Of a DNA stretch of 64,000 nt, positions 10,876 through 19,926 are shown piece after piece. This stretch comes from an uncultured Clostridia bacterium (GTDB taxonomy: Bacteria; Bacillota; Clostridia; TANB77; CAG-508): positions 132,657 through 196,656 of the forward strand of contig CAKPAI010000002.1 in assembly GCA_934133005.1 (NCBI GenBank), written 5' to 3'. Numbering within the stretch: the stretch's first letter is position 1; the number at the start of each line of letters is the position of its first letter. The translations under genes and the position numbers were made by a program. Below the pieces are notes generated by a model. The model was given only the letters and a program-made list of their open reading frames with translations, searched no databases and was not told the DNA's origin.

Positions 10876-11223
10876 TTAAGCTCCCATGAACTCGTCGATT
10901 GAAGTCTTATATTTCTTAGAAATTTTAACTTCTTTTCCACCTTTTGCTTGGTAAGATTTATCACTTGGATTTGTATCTATAGTAACTATAGCTTTTTTCC
11001 AATCTGATGTTCTTCCAACACTTCTACCAACTCTTTTTTCTTTTCCTTTAACAGTGATAGTATTTACTTTTAAAACTTTTACTTCAAATAGTTTTTCTAC
11101 TGCATTTGCAATATCAACCTTTGTAGCTTTTTTGTTTACTTTGAAAGTGTACTTTCCTTCTTGAGTTGCTTCGTTTGAAGCTTCTGTTATTATAGGTTTT
11201 ATAATTATATCTTCTGGTCTCAT
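10876..11223 (-). CDS. rplW: 50S ribosomal protein L23 (with ~20-aa C-terminal extension)
   Basis: 115 aa. The uL23 core ([10 protein letters not shown]...KKAIVT) is followed by extra Lys-rich residues. It starts at the rplD stop. Confidence 0.88.
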   Translation of the reverse strand: MRPEDIIIKPIITEASNEATQEGKYTFKVNKKATKVDIANAVEKLFEVKVLKVNTITVKGKEKRVGRSVGRTSDWKKAIVTIDTNPSDKSYQAKGGKEVKISKKYKTSIDEFMGA

Positions 11224-11846
11224 TATGCGTACACCTCCTCTAATTTCTTTATAGTATCTTCTGTTACAACTAATTTGTTGTATTTTAATAAATCATAAAT
11301 ATTTATTGTTCCAACTAGTGTTGTTTTTACATTTTCAATGTTTCTTGCAGATTTTTGAACATTTTCGTTCTTTTCAGGAAGCATTATTAATGTTTTTCCT
11401 TCTACTTTTAAGTTTGAAAGAGTTTTTACCATTTCTTTAGTCTTTATTTCTTTCATTGGTATAGAATCAACTACTACTAATTCATTATCTAATACTTTTG
11501 AACTTAATACTGATTTAACAGCTAAAGCTCTTTCTTTCTTATTTACAGTATATTTGTAAGAACGAGGTTTTGGTCCTAATGCTATACCACCTTTAATCCA
11601 TTGTGGTGCTCTAGTACTTCCTTGTCTTGCACGTCCTGTTCCTTTTTGTCTCCATGGTTTTCTTCCACCACCTGAAACTTCTGCTCTTGTTTTTGTACTT
11701 TGTGTACCTTGTCTTTGATTTGCTAAAAAGTTAATTAAAACACTATGTACAACTTCTTCATTTGGTTCAATTCCAAATATAGATTCGTTTAGTTCTAATT
11801 CTTTAACTTTCTTTCCGTTTATATCGTATACATCTATTTTAGGCAT
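11223..11846 (-). CDS. rplD: 50S ribosomal protein L4
   Basis: 207 aa; [34 protein letters not shown] typical of uL4. Confidence 0.92.
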   Translation of the reverse strand: MPKIDVYDINGKKVKELELNESIFGIEPNEEVVHSVLINFLANQRQGTQSTKTRAEVSGGGRKPWRQKGTGRARQGSTRAPQWIKGGIALGPKPRSYKYTVNKKERALAVKSVLSSKVLDNELVVVDSIPMKEIKTKEMVKTLSNLKVEGKTLIMLPEKNENVQKSARNIENVKTTLVGTINIYDLLKYNKLVVTEDTIKKLEEVYA

Positions 11847-11863
11847 ATTCTATTCCTCCTTCC

Positions 11864-12493
11864 TTAAGCTCTTGCACTTGATTTTACTTTTAATATTGAG
11901 CCTTTAGCTCCTGGAACGCTACCTTTTACTAAGATTACGTTCTTATCTAAATCAACTGATATTACTTCTAAGTTTTGTATTGTTATTGTATTTCTTCCCA
12001 TATGTCCTGGAAGTTTTTTACCCTTGAATACTCTACCTGGTGTTGATGTTGATCCCATTGATCCTGGTCTTCTATGATACATAGAACCATGTCCCATAGG
12101 TCCTCTTGATTGACCATGACGTTTTATAACACCTTGGAATCCTTTTCCTTTTGATGTTCCTTGGATATCAACTTTATCTCCTGCTACAAAAGTATCAGCT
12201 TTAACTTCATCTCCAACTTTAACTTCTGCTACAGCTTCTGTTCTGAATTCTCTTAAATGTTTCTTTAATGCTAATTTAGATTTTGTAAAATGTCCTATTT
12301 CTGGTTTGCTTAATTTGCTTTCCTTAACATCTTCAAATCCTAATTGGATTGCATTGTATCCATCTGATTCTACAGTTTTAACTTGTGCAACTACACAAGG
12401 TCCAGCTTCGATTACTGTTACTGGAATAACTTTTCCTGCTTCGTCGAAAATTTGTGTCATTCCGACTTTCTTTCCTACTATTGCTTTGTTCAT
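11864..12493 (-). CDS. rplC: 50S ribosomal protein L3
   Basis: 209 aa; uL3 motifs ([21 protein letters not shown]). Confidence 0.92.
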   Translation of the reverse strand: MNKAIVGKKVGMTQIFDEAGKVIPVTVIEAGPCVVAQVKTVESDGYNAIQLGFEDVKESKLSKPEIGHFTKSKLALKKHLREFRTEAVAEVKVGDEVKADTFVAGDKVDIQGTSKGKGFQGVIKRHGQSRGPMGHGSMYHRRPGSMGSTSTPGRVFKGKKLPGHMGRNTITIQNLEVISVDLDKNVILVKGSVPGAKGSILKVKSSARA

Positions 12494-12616
12494 TTTTAAT
12501 TTTCCTCCTACTACTATTGGCTAACATATTAATGCTAGCATGGCGTCAACTCTTTTTAGTCTTGTTGCTAGACTTTAAAATTTATGGATTTTACTTTCGT
12601 TTAATTGGTAACGAAA

Positions 12617-12946
12617 TTATTTTATTTCTATATTTACACCAGCTGGTAGCTCCATTTTGCTTAAGCTTTCAACTGTTTTTTGTGTTGGGTATAGAATATC
12701 TATAACTCTTTTATGTGTTCTCATTTCAAATTGTTCTCTTGAATCTTTATGTTTGTGTGGAGAACGTAAAATTGTTACTATTTCCTTTTCTGTTGGTAAT
12801 GGAATAGGTCCTGAAACTTTAGCTCCTGTTCTTTTAGCAGTATCTACTATTTTTTCAGCAGACTGTTCTAAAAGTTGTGCATCATAAGCTTTAAGTCTTA
12901 TTCTGATTTTACCGTTTGTTACCTCTGTTGTTTTTGTGTTTGCCAT
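12617..12946 (-). CDS. rpsJ: 30S ribosomal protein S10
   Basis: 109 aa; [17 protein letters not shown] typical of uS10; first gene of the cluster. Confidence 0.92.
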   Translation of the reverse strand: MANTKTTEVTNGKIRIRLKAYDAQLLEQSAEKIVDTAKRTGAKVSGPIPLPTEKEIVTILRSPHKHKDSREQFEMRTHKRVIDILYPTQKTVESLSKMELPAGVNIEIK

Positions 12947-13170
12947 GCAATTTCCCTCCTTAAATATTTTTGTTTGTACGGAAGTTATAAACGCACCCTG
13001 GTGTTCTATGTATTACCATTATAAAAACCCAAGTTTGCATGATTCTTGGGATAAGTGCTAATTTATTCTTACCGCCTGGTCTAAGCCACGACATGCTCCA
13101 CAAGAGTTCCCTCCAACCTAGATTATTACTAGTTGTAGCCACATCTTGTTTCAACGCTATCATTACATGC
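12947..13170 (-). promoter_or_regulatory. 5' leader of the S10 operon with terminator-like attenuator hairpin (CCCAAG-N11-CTTGGG + U-run at 13020..13050)
   Basis: Read directly: GC-enriched ~220-nt untranslated region between the promoter and rpsJ. A 6-bp GC stem is followed by TTTTTAT on the transcribed strand. Confidence 0.5.
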
Positions 13171-13176
13171 TTTTCT

Positions 13177-13205
13177 ATTATATACTCTTTCTAGTTTATT
13201 GTCAA
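13177..13205 (-). promoter_or_regulatory. sigma-A type promoter of the S10 operon (TTGACA-17 nt-TATAAT)
   Basis: On the minus strand, TTGACA (13205..13200) is spaced 17 nt from TATAAT (13182..13177). It sits ~230 nt upstream of rpsJ. Confidence 0.6.
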
Positions 13206-13240
13206 TATTTTTTCTAGATATTTTTTATCTTAATACTCTT

Positions 13241-13916
13241 TTATCTAACTTCTACTTCTTCTTTCTTCTTCTCTTGCTCTGCAATTTTTATTTCTGGATA
13301 CATTTTGTATAATGTTTCTTCTGCAGAATATGTATGTAGAATTCCTCCAACCACCTCAAAATATTGTGGTAAATTATTCAAAACATCAGCTCTATCATAT
13401 TTTATTTCATCCATTACTCTCAAAAATTCAGATTTCTTATAATGAGAGTATGACAACATTCCATTTACACAATCTTTTTCTACTTCTTTATTCCAATATT
13501 GAACTTCAACTTCCGGAAATAAATTTCTATCAAGCTGTCTTCTTTTTAATACTTCATCTTTCATATGTACCATTTGGTGTAACCCTTTATAATTTGTTTT
13601 TAATTTTTTCTTGTGGTCTTTAATTTGGTCTACCTCAAAAAACCTTTCTAGCTCTTCTATTATAATTTGTAATTCGCTTTCTTGTGCTATAATTCTTACT
13701 CCAAAACAGTCATCTAATTTTTTTCCTTTTTTTACATTTCCGCATTGCTGACCTATAACTTTTTATTCTTCCTGTAACTTTTACATTCTCAGATATTCTC
13801 CCTGCTTTTTGTAATGCTTGTATTACACGGCCTATCATCATTATTGTTGCCTTATATCCATTCTCTTGCCCTGCTATTTTGCTTTCATATTGACTCCTCG
13901 TATAACCGTCTTCCAA
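13241..13916 (-). pseudogene. small alarmone synthetase (RelQ/RelP/YjbM-like RelA_SpoT-domain GTP pyrophosphokinase), interrupted by a frameshift in an A7 homopolymer
   Basis: Two ORFs (13710..13982 and 13241..13573) join into one ~225-aa product if one A is removed near 13713. The fused sequence VTGRIKSYRSAMRKCKKRKKLDDCFGVRIIAQ matches the RelA/SpoT synthetase motif GRxKxxxSIxxKxxRK...GxRI. Downstream motifs EVEVQYW / HYKK align to EVQIRTW / HWAYK of Rel. A TTG start at 13916 has AGGAGAGGTG upstream. Confidence 0.55.
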
Positions 13917-14033
13917 ATTATTATTCACCTCTCCTTTTTTTGGCGCGTCATTTATTATACAACAAGTCTTTGTATTTTTCAATTATTTCTTATCTTCAAA
14001 ATTCGACATTTTATATCATTTTTCAACTATAAT

Positions 14034-14066
14034 ATAAAAAAAATACTCCTTAATGGAGCATTTTTT
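14034..14066 (-). terminator. rho-independent terminator downstream of spoVG
   Basis: On the minus strand, ATGCUCC-AUUAA-GGAGUAU hairpin followed by U8. Confidence 0.5.
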
Positions 14067-14074
14067 ATTATATA

Positions 14075-14371
14075 TTATTCAACATCTTGGTTTTCTGACT
14101 CAGCTATAGGCATTGGATCCTCTGCTTTATCATAAGCTTCAAGTATAGCTTCTTGTATCATATTTCTTACATCTTGATTGATTGGATGAGCTATATCTAT
14201 AAACTTTCCATTTTTTTCTCTTCTAGGCATAGCCATGAATAAACCATCTTTACCTTCTATTACTTTAATTTCATGAACAACAAATCCACCATCAATTGTT
14301 ATAGAAGCAATAGCTTTCATTCTATTTCCTGAATTTACTTTTCTTATTTTTACGTCTGTGATTTCCATCTG
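14075..14371 (-). CDS. spoVG: septation/sporulation regulator SpoVG
   Basis: ORF 14075..14416. The conserved 97-aa SpoVG begins at the internal ATG ([11 protein letters not shown]...). Confidence 0.88.
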   Translation of the reverse strand, partial: QMEITDVKIRKVNSGNRMKAIASITIDGGFVVHEIKVIEGKDGLFMAMPRREKNGKFIDIAHPINQDVRNMIQEAILEAYDKAEDPMPIAESENQDVE

Positions 14372-14529
14372 AGCACCGCCTTCCAAAAGTTTATTTTTGT
14401 ACATTCCTATGTACATTTATATTATTCTCCATTAACTTGTTTTTTCCTTCTATATTTTTACAAAAATTTATCTTTTTTATTATTATAATTTTTGAGCACT
14501 TAGCTATTCGAAATTTAGCAAAAGAGGTA

Positions 14530-14558
14530 TTGAAAAATAAGTGTTTTGAGTATATAAT
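14530..14558 (+). promoter_or_regulatory. candidate sigma-A promoter for murC (TTGAAA-17 nt-TATAAT)
   Basis: TTGAAA at 14530-14535, TATAAT at 14553-14558. Confidence 0.4.
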
Positions 14559-14636
14559 ATACCAAGTAAAAATATAATAGTATAAATTTATGAGAAAGGA
14601 TGTTTAGCATATTATTGCTAACAGGTATTAACAAAA

Positions 14637-16028
14637 TTGACAAATTTAGATGAACTAAAACAATATAAGCATATTCATATGCTTGGTATCGGCGGAACAA
14701 GTATGAGTGGTATAGCTGCCCTTCTTAAAAACTATGGTTTCTATGTAACAGGCTCTGATGCTAACTCATCTGAACTTACAAATAAACTAATTGATAATGG
14801 TATTCATGTTGTAATAGGCCACAATCTTGAGGATTTACGTACTGCCAACCTAGTTGTATATAGTGCAGCAATCAACTATGATGACCTCGAAATGCAAGAA
14901 GCTCGTAGATTAAATATCGAAACAATTGAACGTTCAGCTTTTCTAGGTTTACTTACTAAATATTTCAATAATACCATTTGTATTTCTGGAACTCACGGAA
15001 AAACAACTACAACTTCTATGATCTCACTTGCTTTTCTAGAGGCTAAAAAAGATCCCACAATACAAGTTGGAGCAATTTTAAAGCCTATAAATGGAAATTA
15101 TCGTGTTGGAAATAGTGATACATTTATTTTAGAATCTTGTGAATATTGTGAACAATTTCTAAAATTTCATCCACAAACAGCTGTTGTTTTAAATATTGAT
15201 AATGACCATTTAGATTATTACAAAGATTTAGATCATATAAAACTTGCTTTTGAACATTTTGTAGAACTACTACCAAATGATGGAATTTTAGTATTAAATA
15301 TGGATGATCAAAACTCTTCTGATCTTTACAAATACACAAAAGCCAGAACTGTTACAATTGGTATTGAAAGTGATAGGTGTAATTTTATAGCAAGAAATAT
15401 ATCTTTCGATAATAATGGCTTTCCAATATTTGATGTATATAGAAACAATGCATTTTATAAAAGTTTCCATCTTTCAGTTCCTGGAAAGCACAACATATAT
15501 AATGCTTTAGCTTGTATTGCAGTATGCTATGAGTATGGGATAGATAAAGAAACAATAAAAGATTCTCTTTCAAAATACACAGGTGCGCATAGAAGATTTG
15601 AATTTGTAGGTTCTTCAAATGGAGCTAATATTTATGATGATTATGCTCATCATCCAACAGAGATAAGAGCAACATTTAATGCAATGAAAAACAAAAAATT
15701 CAATAGATCATGGGTTGTTTTTCAGCCCCATACATACTCTAGAACTAAAAATTTATTACAAGACTTTGCTCAAAGTTTATCAGGATTTGATAATATAATT
15801 ATTACCGATATATATGCAGCAAGAGAAGTTGATAATCATGAAGTTTCTTCAAAAGATTTAGTAAATTTAATCAACGTAAATAGAGTTGGTAAGCCAGCAA
15901 TTTATATGTCTGACTTTAATGAAATTTCAAAATATATTCGTGACAGAGTTATGCCTAATGATATAGTTTTAACTATCGGTGCTGGAACTGTTACAAATAT
16001 TGGAGCAATGATAATAAATAATAAATAA
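14637..16028 (+). CDS. murC: UDP-N-acetylmuramate--L-alanine ligase
   Basis: 463 aa. N-terminal HMLGIGGTSMSGIA nucleotide-binding motif and Mur ligase central and C-terminal domains. The annotated start is TTG with no clear SD; the start could lie at the downstream ATG. Confidence 0.85.
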   Translation: MTNLDELKQYKHIHMLGIGGTSMSGIAALLKNYGFYVTGSDANSSELTNKLIDNGIHVVIGHNLEDLRTANLVVYSAAINYDDLEMQEARRLNIETIERSAFLGLLTKYFNNTICISGTHGKTTTTSMISLAFLEAKKDPTIQVGAILKPINGNYRVGNSDTFILESCEYCEQFLKFHPQTAVVLNIDNDHLDYYKDLDHIKLAFEHFVELLPNDGILVLNMDDQNSSDLYKYTKARTVTIGIESDRCNFIARNISFDNNGFPIFDVYRNNAFYKSFHLSVPGKHNIYNALACIAVCYEYGIDKETIKDSLSKYTGAHRRFEFVGSSNGANIYDDYAHHPTEIRATFNAMKNKKFNRSWVVFQPHTYSRTKNLLQDFAQSLSGFDNIIITDIYAAREVDNHEVSSKDLVNLINVNRVGKPAIYMSDFNEISKYIRDRVMPNDIVLTIGAGTVTNIGAMIINNK

Positions 16029-16033
16029 GGTCG

Positions 16034-16056
16034 AAGCATTCCGCTTCAACCTTATT
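16034..16056. terminator. bidirectional rho-independent terminator between convergent murC and transglutaminase-like gene
   Basis: GGTCGAAGC-ATTCC-GCTTCAACC hairpin with U/A-runs on both sides. Confidence 0.55.
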
Positions 16057-16057
16057 T

Positions 16058-17209
16058 TTAATATACCCCATTTATATAACTCGTTTCAGAAAGTGTTGGA
16101 TAAACAAATTCTTTTCCTTGATTTGTTATCTTTCCATTTGGATAATGGTTCTTATTTATAGTATCTGCTCCTTTTAGAAAATACTTATATTTTATGTTAT
16201 TTGTTATTTTTCCGTTTCCTGTTATAATTGGATCGTCCCAAGTGCAATCAACCGCATACCACTTTTCGTTTATTTTTACATAATTCCATTCATGATTTTC
16301 TGTATCTCCATTGCTATTTGTAGCAGATCCTACAACTAAAATACAAGGAACACCAGCGTAATCCATTAAATATTTAAAAGCCTCTGCATACCCTTCACAC
16401 ACAGCTTTCCTTGATACTAAAGCGCCATATAAATTATATATATAACTATCATTTAAAGTTGTATCATATTCTACATTATCTACAAGCCAATCATGTGCTT
16501 TTAAAACTTTATCATAATCACTTCCAACTAAAGTTTTTACAATTTCATCTCTTTTATTTTCTATTTCTTTTACCATACTGTCAACAGTACTTCCATTAAA
16601 TATATCATCCAATAAATATCCAGAACTATCTCTTGGTTTCATTGCAAGCTTATATGAAGTTGACTTAACAAATGTAGTTTTAGTAACTATCATATTTACT
16701 TTTGACACGTCCATAAAGAATAAATCCACTCTATCTAATCCAATTGCATCCCAAGCTGATTGAAAATTTATATTTAATGCCTCATCTCCACCATCTTGTT
16801 TTAGAATATCTGAAACACTACTTGGCAAATCAATCGTATACTGTCCTGACTTTAAGTTTTCTATATTTTTCTCAATTTCATCATATATTAATTTTGCATT
16901 ATCATTTAGTTGGTTATAGAAATATTTATTATTTAATCCATTAGTTGTATATGATGTGCCATTACTCGGATTATCCTTTACCAATGGTATTACTTCTTCA
17001 GTATTTTTTGTTTCATTATTATTCAGTAAATTACCACTTGTAGTATTCTCTCTAACTACTTGTGATTCCTGATTATTATAACTTGCATATTTATCATCAT
17101 TTGCATCTTTTATTAATATGTACATATATAAAAATACCATTATTACTAATGAAATAAGTATAATTTGCAATAGTATATATAATTTAGTTTCTTTTGTATT
17201 ATTTTCCAT
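16058..17209 (-). CDS. membrane-anchored transglutaminase-like cysteine protease domain protein
   Basis: N-terminal TM. The C-terminus carries a Cys...His...Asp transglutaminase core (VCEGYAEAF, ENHEWNYV, AVDCTWDD). Confidence 0.7.
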   Translation of the reverse strand: MENNTKETKLYILLQIILISLVIMVFLYMYILIKDANDDKYASYNNQESQVVRENTTSGNLLNNNETKNTEEVIPLVKDNPSNGTSYTTNGLNNKYFYNQLNDNAKLIYDEIEKNIENLKSGQYTIDLPSSVSDILKQDGGDEALNINFQSAWDAIGLDRVDLFFMDVSKVNMIVTKTTFVKSTSYKLAMKPRDSSGYLLDDIFNGSTVDSMVKEIENKRDEIVKTLVGSDYDKVLKAHDWLVDNVEYDTTLNDSYIYNLYGALVSRKAVCEGYAEAFKYLMDYAGVPCILVVGSATNSNGDTENHEWNYVKINEKWYAVDCTWDDPIITGNGKITNNIKYKYFLKGADTINKNHYPNGKITNQGKEFVYPTLSETSYINGVY

Positions 17210-17235
17210 ACTTTCCTAGGTTCCTCTCTCATAAA

Positions 17236-17952
17236 TTAGTAAAGTCTCACAATTGCATGTAATACTTTATTATCTTTAGACTTTATTGTGACTATATCTT
17301 TTCCATCTTCTATTGTATACTTACACATAATGTCATCATTTAGTTTTATTTGTTTCTTATATGTTATTTCTATATTATCTTTTTCTTCTCCATAATAAAT
17401 ATCTTCTGGTAAAATTTCATAAGCAATATCTAAATAGTACAAATTATGTACATGTCTATTTACATCTATTTGACTTCTTAAAATTTTATAGTCATTTTCC
17501 TTAATAACTGATTTAGGTTCTTTTAATTTTTCAATTTCTTCTTCAAAAACACTCTTATTAAAAAATGTATATTTACTTCTTACTTCTTCTGATATTCCTA
17601 CTAACTTTAGTGTTCTAATATCAACCAATGTCCACTTACTAGTTGCAATAACACAAAGATTTCCATTAGAGTCATAAATTTCATAATCTCTATATGTAAA
17701 AATTTTATTACCGTCTCTTGCCCATGTCCTTGCTATAACTTCCTCATTATATATTGGTCTTCTTAGTACTTTTACCTTCCAAGCAAGAAGAACCCAACTA
17801 AGATTATTTTCTTCAATTTCATTTAAGCCATATCCTGCTTTTTCAGACTCTATTCCCCCAACATCTTCTAACATTTTTATTATTGCTTTATTACTTATTT
17901 TATTTTTTCTGCCTACGTCAGTTAGTCCTAATGTATATTTTTTTTCTTCCAA
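17236..17952 (-). CDS. acyl-ACP thioesterase
   Basis: 238 aa. Double hot-dog fold motifs (LSWVLLAWKVKV, NRHVHNLYYLD) typical of the FatA/B-type acyl-[ACP] thioesterase family. Confidence 0.7.
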   Translation of the reverse strand: MEEKKYTLGLTDVGRKNKISNKAIIKMLEDVGGIESEKAGYGLNEIEENNLSWVLLAWKVKVLRRPIYNEEVIARTWARDGNKIFTYRDYEIYDSNGNLCVIATSKWTLVDIRTLKLVGISEEVRSKYTFFNKSVFEEEIEKLKEPKSVIKENDYKILRSQIDVNRHVHNLYYLDIAYEILPEDIYYGEEKDNIEITYKKQIKLNDDIMCKYTIEDGKDIVTIKSKDNKVLHAIVRLY

Positions 17953-18028
17953 TTTCTATCTTCTCCTTTTTAATTATAAATCTATATACATATTTTTTCA
18001 ACTTTTTTATACTGGTATTTTATTCCTC

Positions 18029-18946
18029 TTAAAAATCCGGAACATATTCTTCTTCATGTTCTCCTAAGTCTTGCATATATCCGTTTTCTATATCTAGTAT
18101 GAATAAATATTTTTCAATTTCTGAATATTCTTTTTTATTTATCTTTCTATTTAATAAATTATCTTCTCTTGCTTTATATGTTGGAAAATATTGTGCCATA
18201 ACACTAATATATGCTTTTCCCTCAAGATTTTCCTTAAACCATTTAAGTATATTTTTTGAATTTTGAATATGATTTGGTAATACTAAATGTCTTACTATTA
18301 CTCCTTTTTTTATTATTCCATTTTCATCAAACTCTGGACATCCAACTTGTTCTATCATTTCTTTTATTGCAGATGTTGCAATATTAAAATATTCTGGTGC
18401 TTTTGAATATTTTATTGCAAGTTCATTTGAATAATACTTTAAATCTGGCAAATATACATCAATATATCCTTTTAAATTTTTAATTGTTTCAATATTTTCA
18501 TATCCATTACTATTATATATTATTGGAATGTTTAATCCCCTCTTTTTTGCAATCTTAATAGCTTCAATTATTTGATAAGCATACATAGTTGGTGTTACTA
18601 AATTTATATTATTTGCACCTTTTTTTTGTTGTTTTAAAAATATATCAGCAAGCTCTTCTATTGTTATTTCATATCCTTTTCCTTCACTACTTATTTTGTA
18701 GTTTTGGCAATATATACAATTTAGATTACAATTAGAAAAAAATACTGTTCCAGAACCATTTTTACCGCTTATGCATGGTTCTTCATAATAGTGTAACGAA
18801 TATAGTGCAATTTTTATTTTATTATCACATTTACATCTTCCTTTTTCTCCATTTAGTCTATTTACTTTACACTCAAATGGACATACTTTACATTTGCTAA
18901 GTTCCTCTAACATTTTTATCACCTTTCTTCCACATTTTATCATCAA
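18029..18946 (-). CDS. radical SAM protein (PflX-like glycyl-radical activase family)
   Basis: CNLNCIYCQNY CxxxCxxC cluster plus an N-terminal Cys-rich region (CKVCPFEC...GRCKC). Confidence 0.65.
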   Translation of the reverse strand: MMIKCGRKVIKMLEELSKCKVCPFECKVNRLNGEKGRCKCDNKIKIALYSLHYYEEPCISGKNGSGTVFFSNCNLNCIYCQNYKISSEGKGYEITIEELADIFLKQQKKGANNINLVTPTMYAYQIIEAIKIAKKRGLNIPIIYNSNGYENIETIKNLKGYIDVYLPDLKYYSNELAIKYSKAPEYFNIATSAIKEMIEQVGCPEFDENGIIKKGVIVRHLVLPNHIQNSKNILKWFKENLEGKAYISVMAQYFPTYKAREDNLLNRKINKKEYSEIEKYLFILDIENGYMQDLGEHEEEYVPDF

Positions 18947-19031
18947 TTTAACCTCTTTACAACTTTAATTTGACAAAACTTAACAAACATTGTAAAATAT
19001 TTATGTTATTATAATAAAAGGGAGATTTAAA

Positions 19032-19883
19032 ATGTTTGGTCATAGAAGTGATGGTAGAAGACTAAAACACCTTCCACCATTTTTTAAGGTTATACCTAAT
19101 ATAATGCCAACGCGTAATGACGCACAGGTATTTTTTAAGCAAGATATTGTACTATCTGGTATAGATGAATATATCGCAAAAAAAGCAACTGAAGGAATAA
19201 GGCTTTCTTATATGAATATAGTTTACGCCTCTTTAGTTAGAGTAATATCACAAAAACCTGCTTTAAACAGATTTACTATGAATGGACTTACTTATGCACG
19301 TGATGGAATTTATGTATCTTTAGCTATAAAAAAAAGCCTTACAGATGAAGGTCAAGAAACCACTACAAAAATTAGATTTACTGGTAATGAAAATATTTTT
19401 GAAATTAAAGAAAAATTAGATAGTGTAATTGGTGAAAATAAACAACAATCTACCGAAAATAATACAGATAATGTAGCTAAATTTCTTGGTCATATTCCAG
19501 ATTCTTTAGCAAGAAAAATAGTAAAATTATTATTTTTCTTTGATAAACATGGAATTTTACCAAGAGCAATTATTGATGCAAGCCCATTTCATACAAGTGT
19601 GTTTTTGACAAATGTTGGTTCTCTTGGAATTGACAGTATTTATCATCATTTATATAATTTTGGTACAACTAGTTTATTTTTTGCAATGGGTAAAAAAAAG
19701 AAAAGCTTTATTTATGATGATGATGAAATCTTTGAGGAAAAATGTTTTTCGATTGCTTTTGTTGGTGATGAAAGAATTTGTGATGGTTATTACTACGCTT
19801 CTTCTTTCAAATTGCTTTGTAAATATCTAAAAAAGCCTGAATTGTTAGAAGAAAATGTTGTAGTAAAGCAAGACATTGAATAA
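19032..19883 (+). CDS. 2-oxoacid dehydrogenase E2 acyltransferase catalytic-domain-like protein (CAT-like fold, catalytic His replaced by Glu)
   Basis: The C-terminus aligns to the E2 catalytic core (TNVGSLGIDS ~ ISNLGMFG; FVGDERICDGYYYASSF ~ SYDHRLIDGREAV). There are no lipoyl or E3-binding domains. DHR has become DER. Confidence 0.45.
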   Translation: MFGHRSDGRRLKHLPPFFKVIPNIMPTRNDAQVFFKQDIVLSGIDEYIAKKATEGIRLSYMNIVYASLVRVISQKPALNRFTMNGLTYARDGIYVSLAIKKSLTDEGQETTTKIRFTGNENIFEIKEKLDSVIGENKQQSTENNTDNVAKFLGHIPDSLARKIVKLLFFFDKHGILPRAIIDASPFHTSVFLTNVGSLGIDSIYHHLYNFGTTSLFFAMGKKKKSFIYDDDEIFEEKCFSIAFVGDERICDGYYYASSFKLLCKYLKKPELLEENVVVKQDIE

Positions 19884-19888
19884 ATTTT

Positions 19889-19920
19889 AAGTGAATCCAA
19901 TTTATACACTGGATTCACTT
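19889..19920. terminator. bidirectional terminator hairpin between convergent genes
   Basis: AAGTGAATCCA-N10-TGGATTCACTT perfect 11-bp stem followed by TTTATTT. Confidence 0.55.
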
Positions 19921-19926
19921 TTATTT

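Noticed and set aside
12960-13163. 67-aa ORF upstream of rpsJ
   Set aside because: It lies inside the S10 leader between the promoter and the RBS, is GC-skewed like a structured RNA, and has no RBS. Judged non-coding.
1227-13623. Numerous 60-130-aa ORFs antisense to ribosomal, secY and adk genes (e.g. 1414..1686, 3710..4009, 6694..7071, 12306..12524)
   Set aside because: These are low-complexity Leu/Phe/Ile-rich translations of the AT-rich antisense strand of well-supported genes. Treated as spurious.
13710-13982. 90-aa ORF as the C-terminal region 4 of an ECF sigma factor (GRIKSYRSAMRKCKK resembles GTVKSRLHRARKKLK)
   Set aside because: No room for region 2 upstream. The same segment fits the RelA/SpoT synthetase GRxKxxxSIxxK motif much better, and the fit continues into the next frame.
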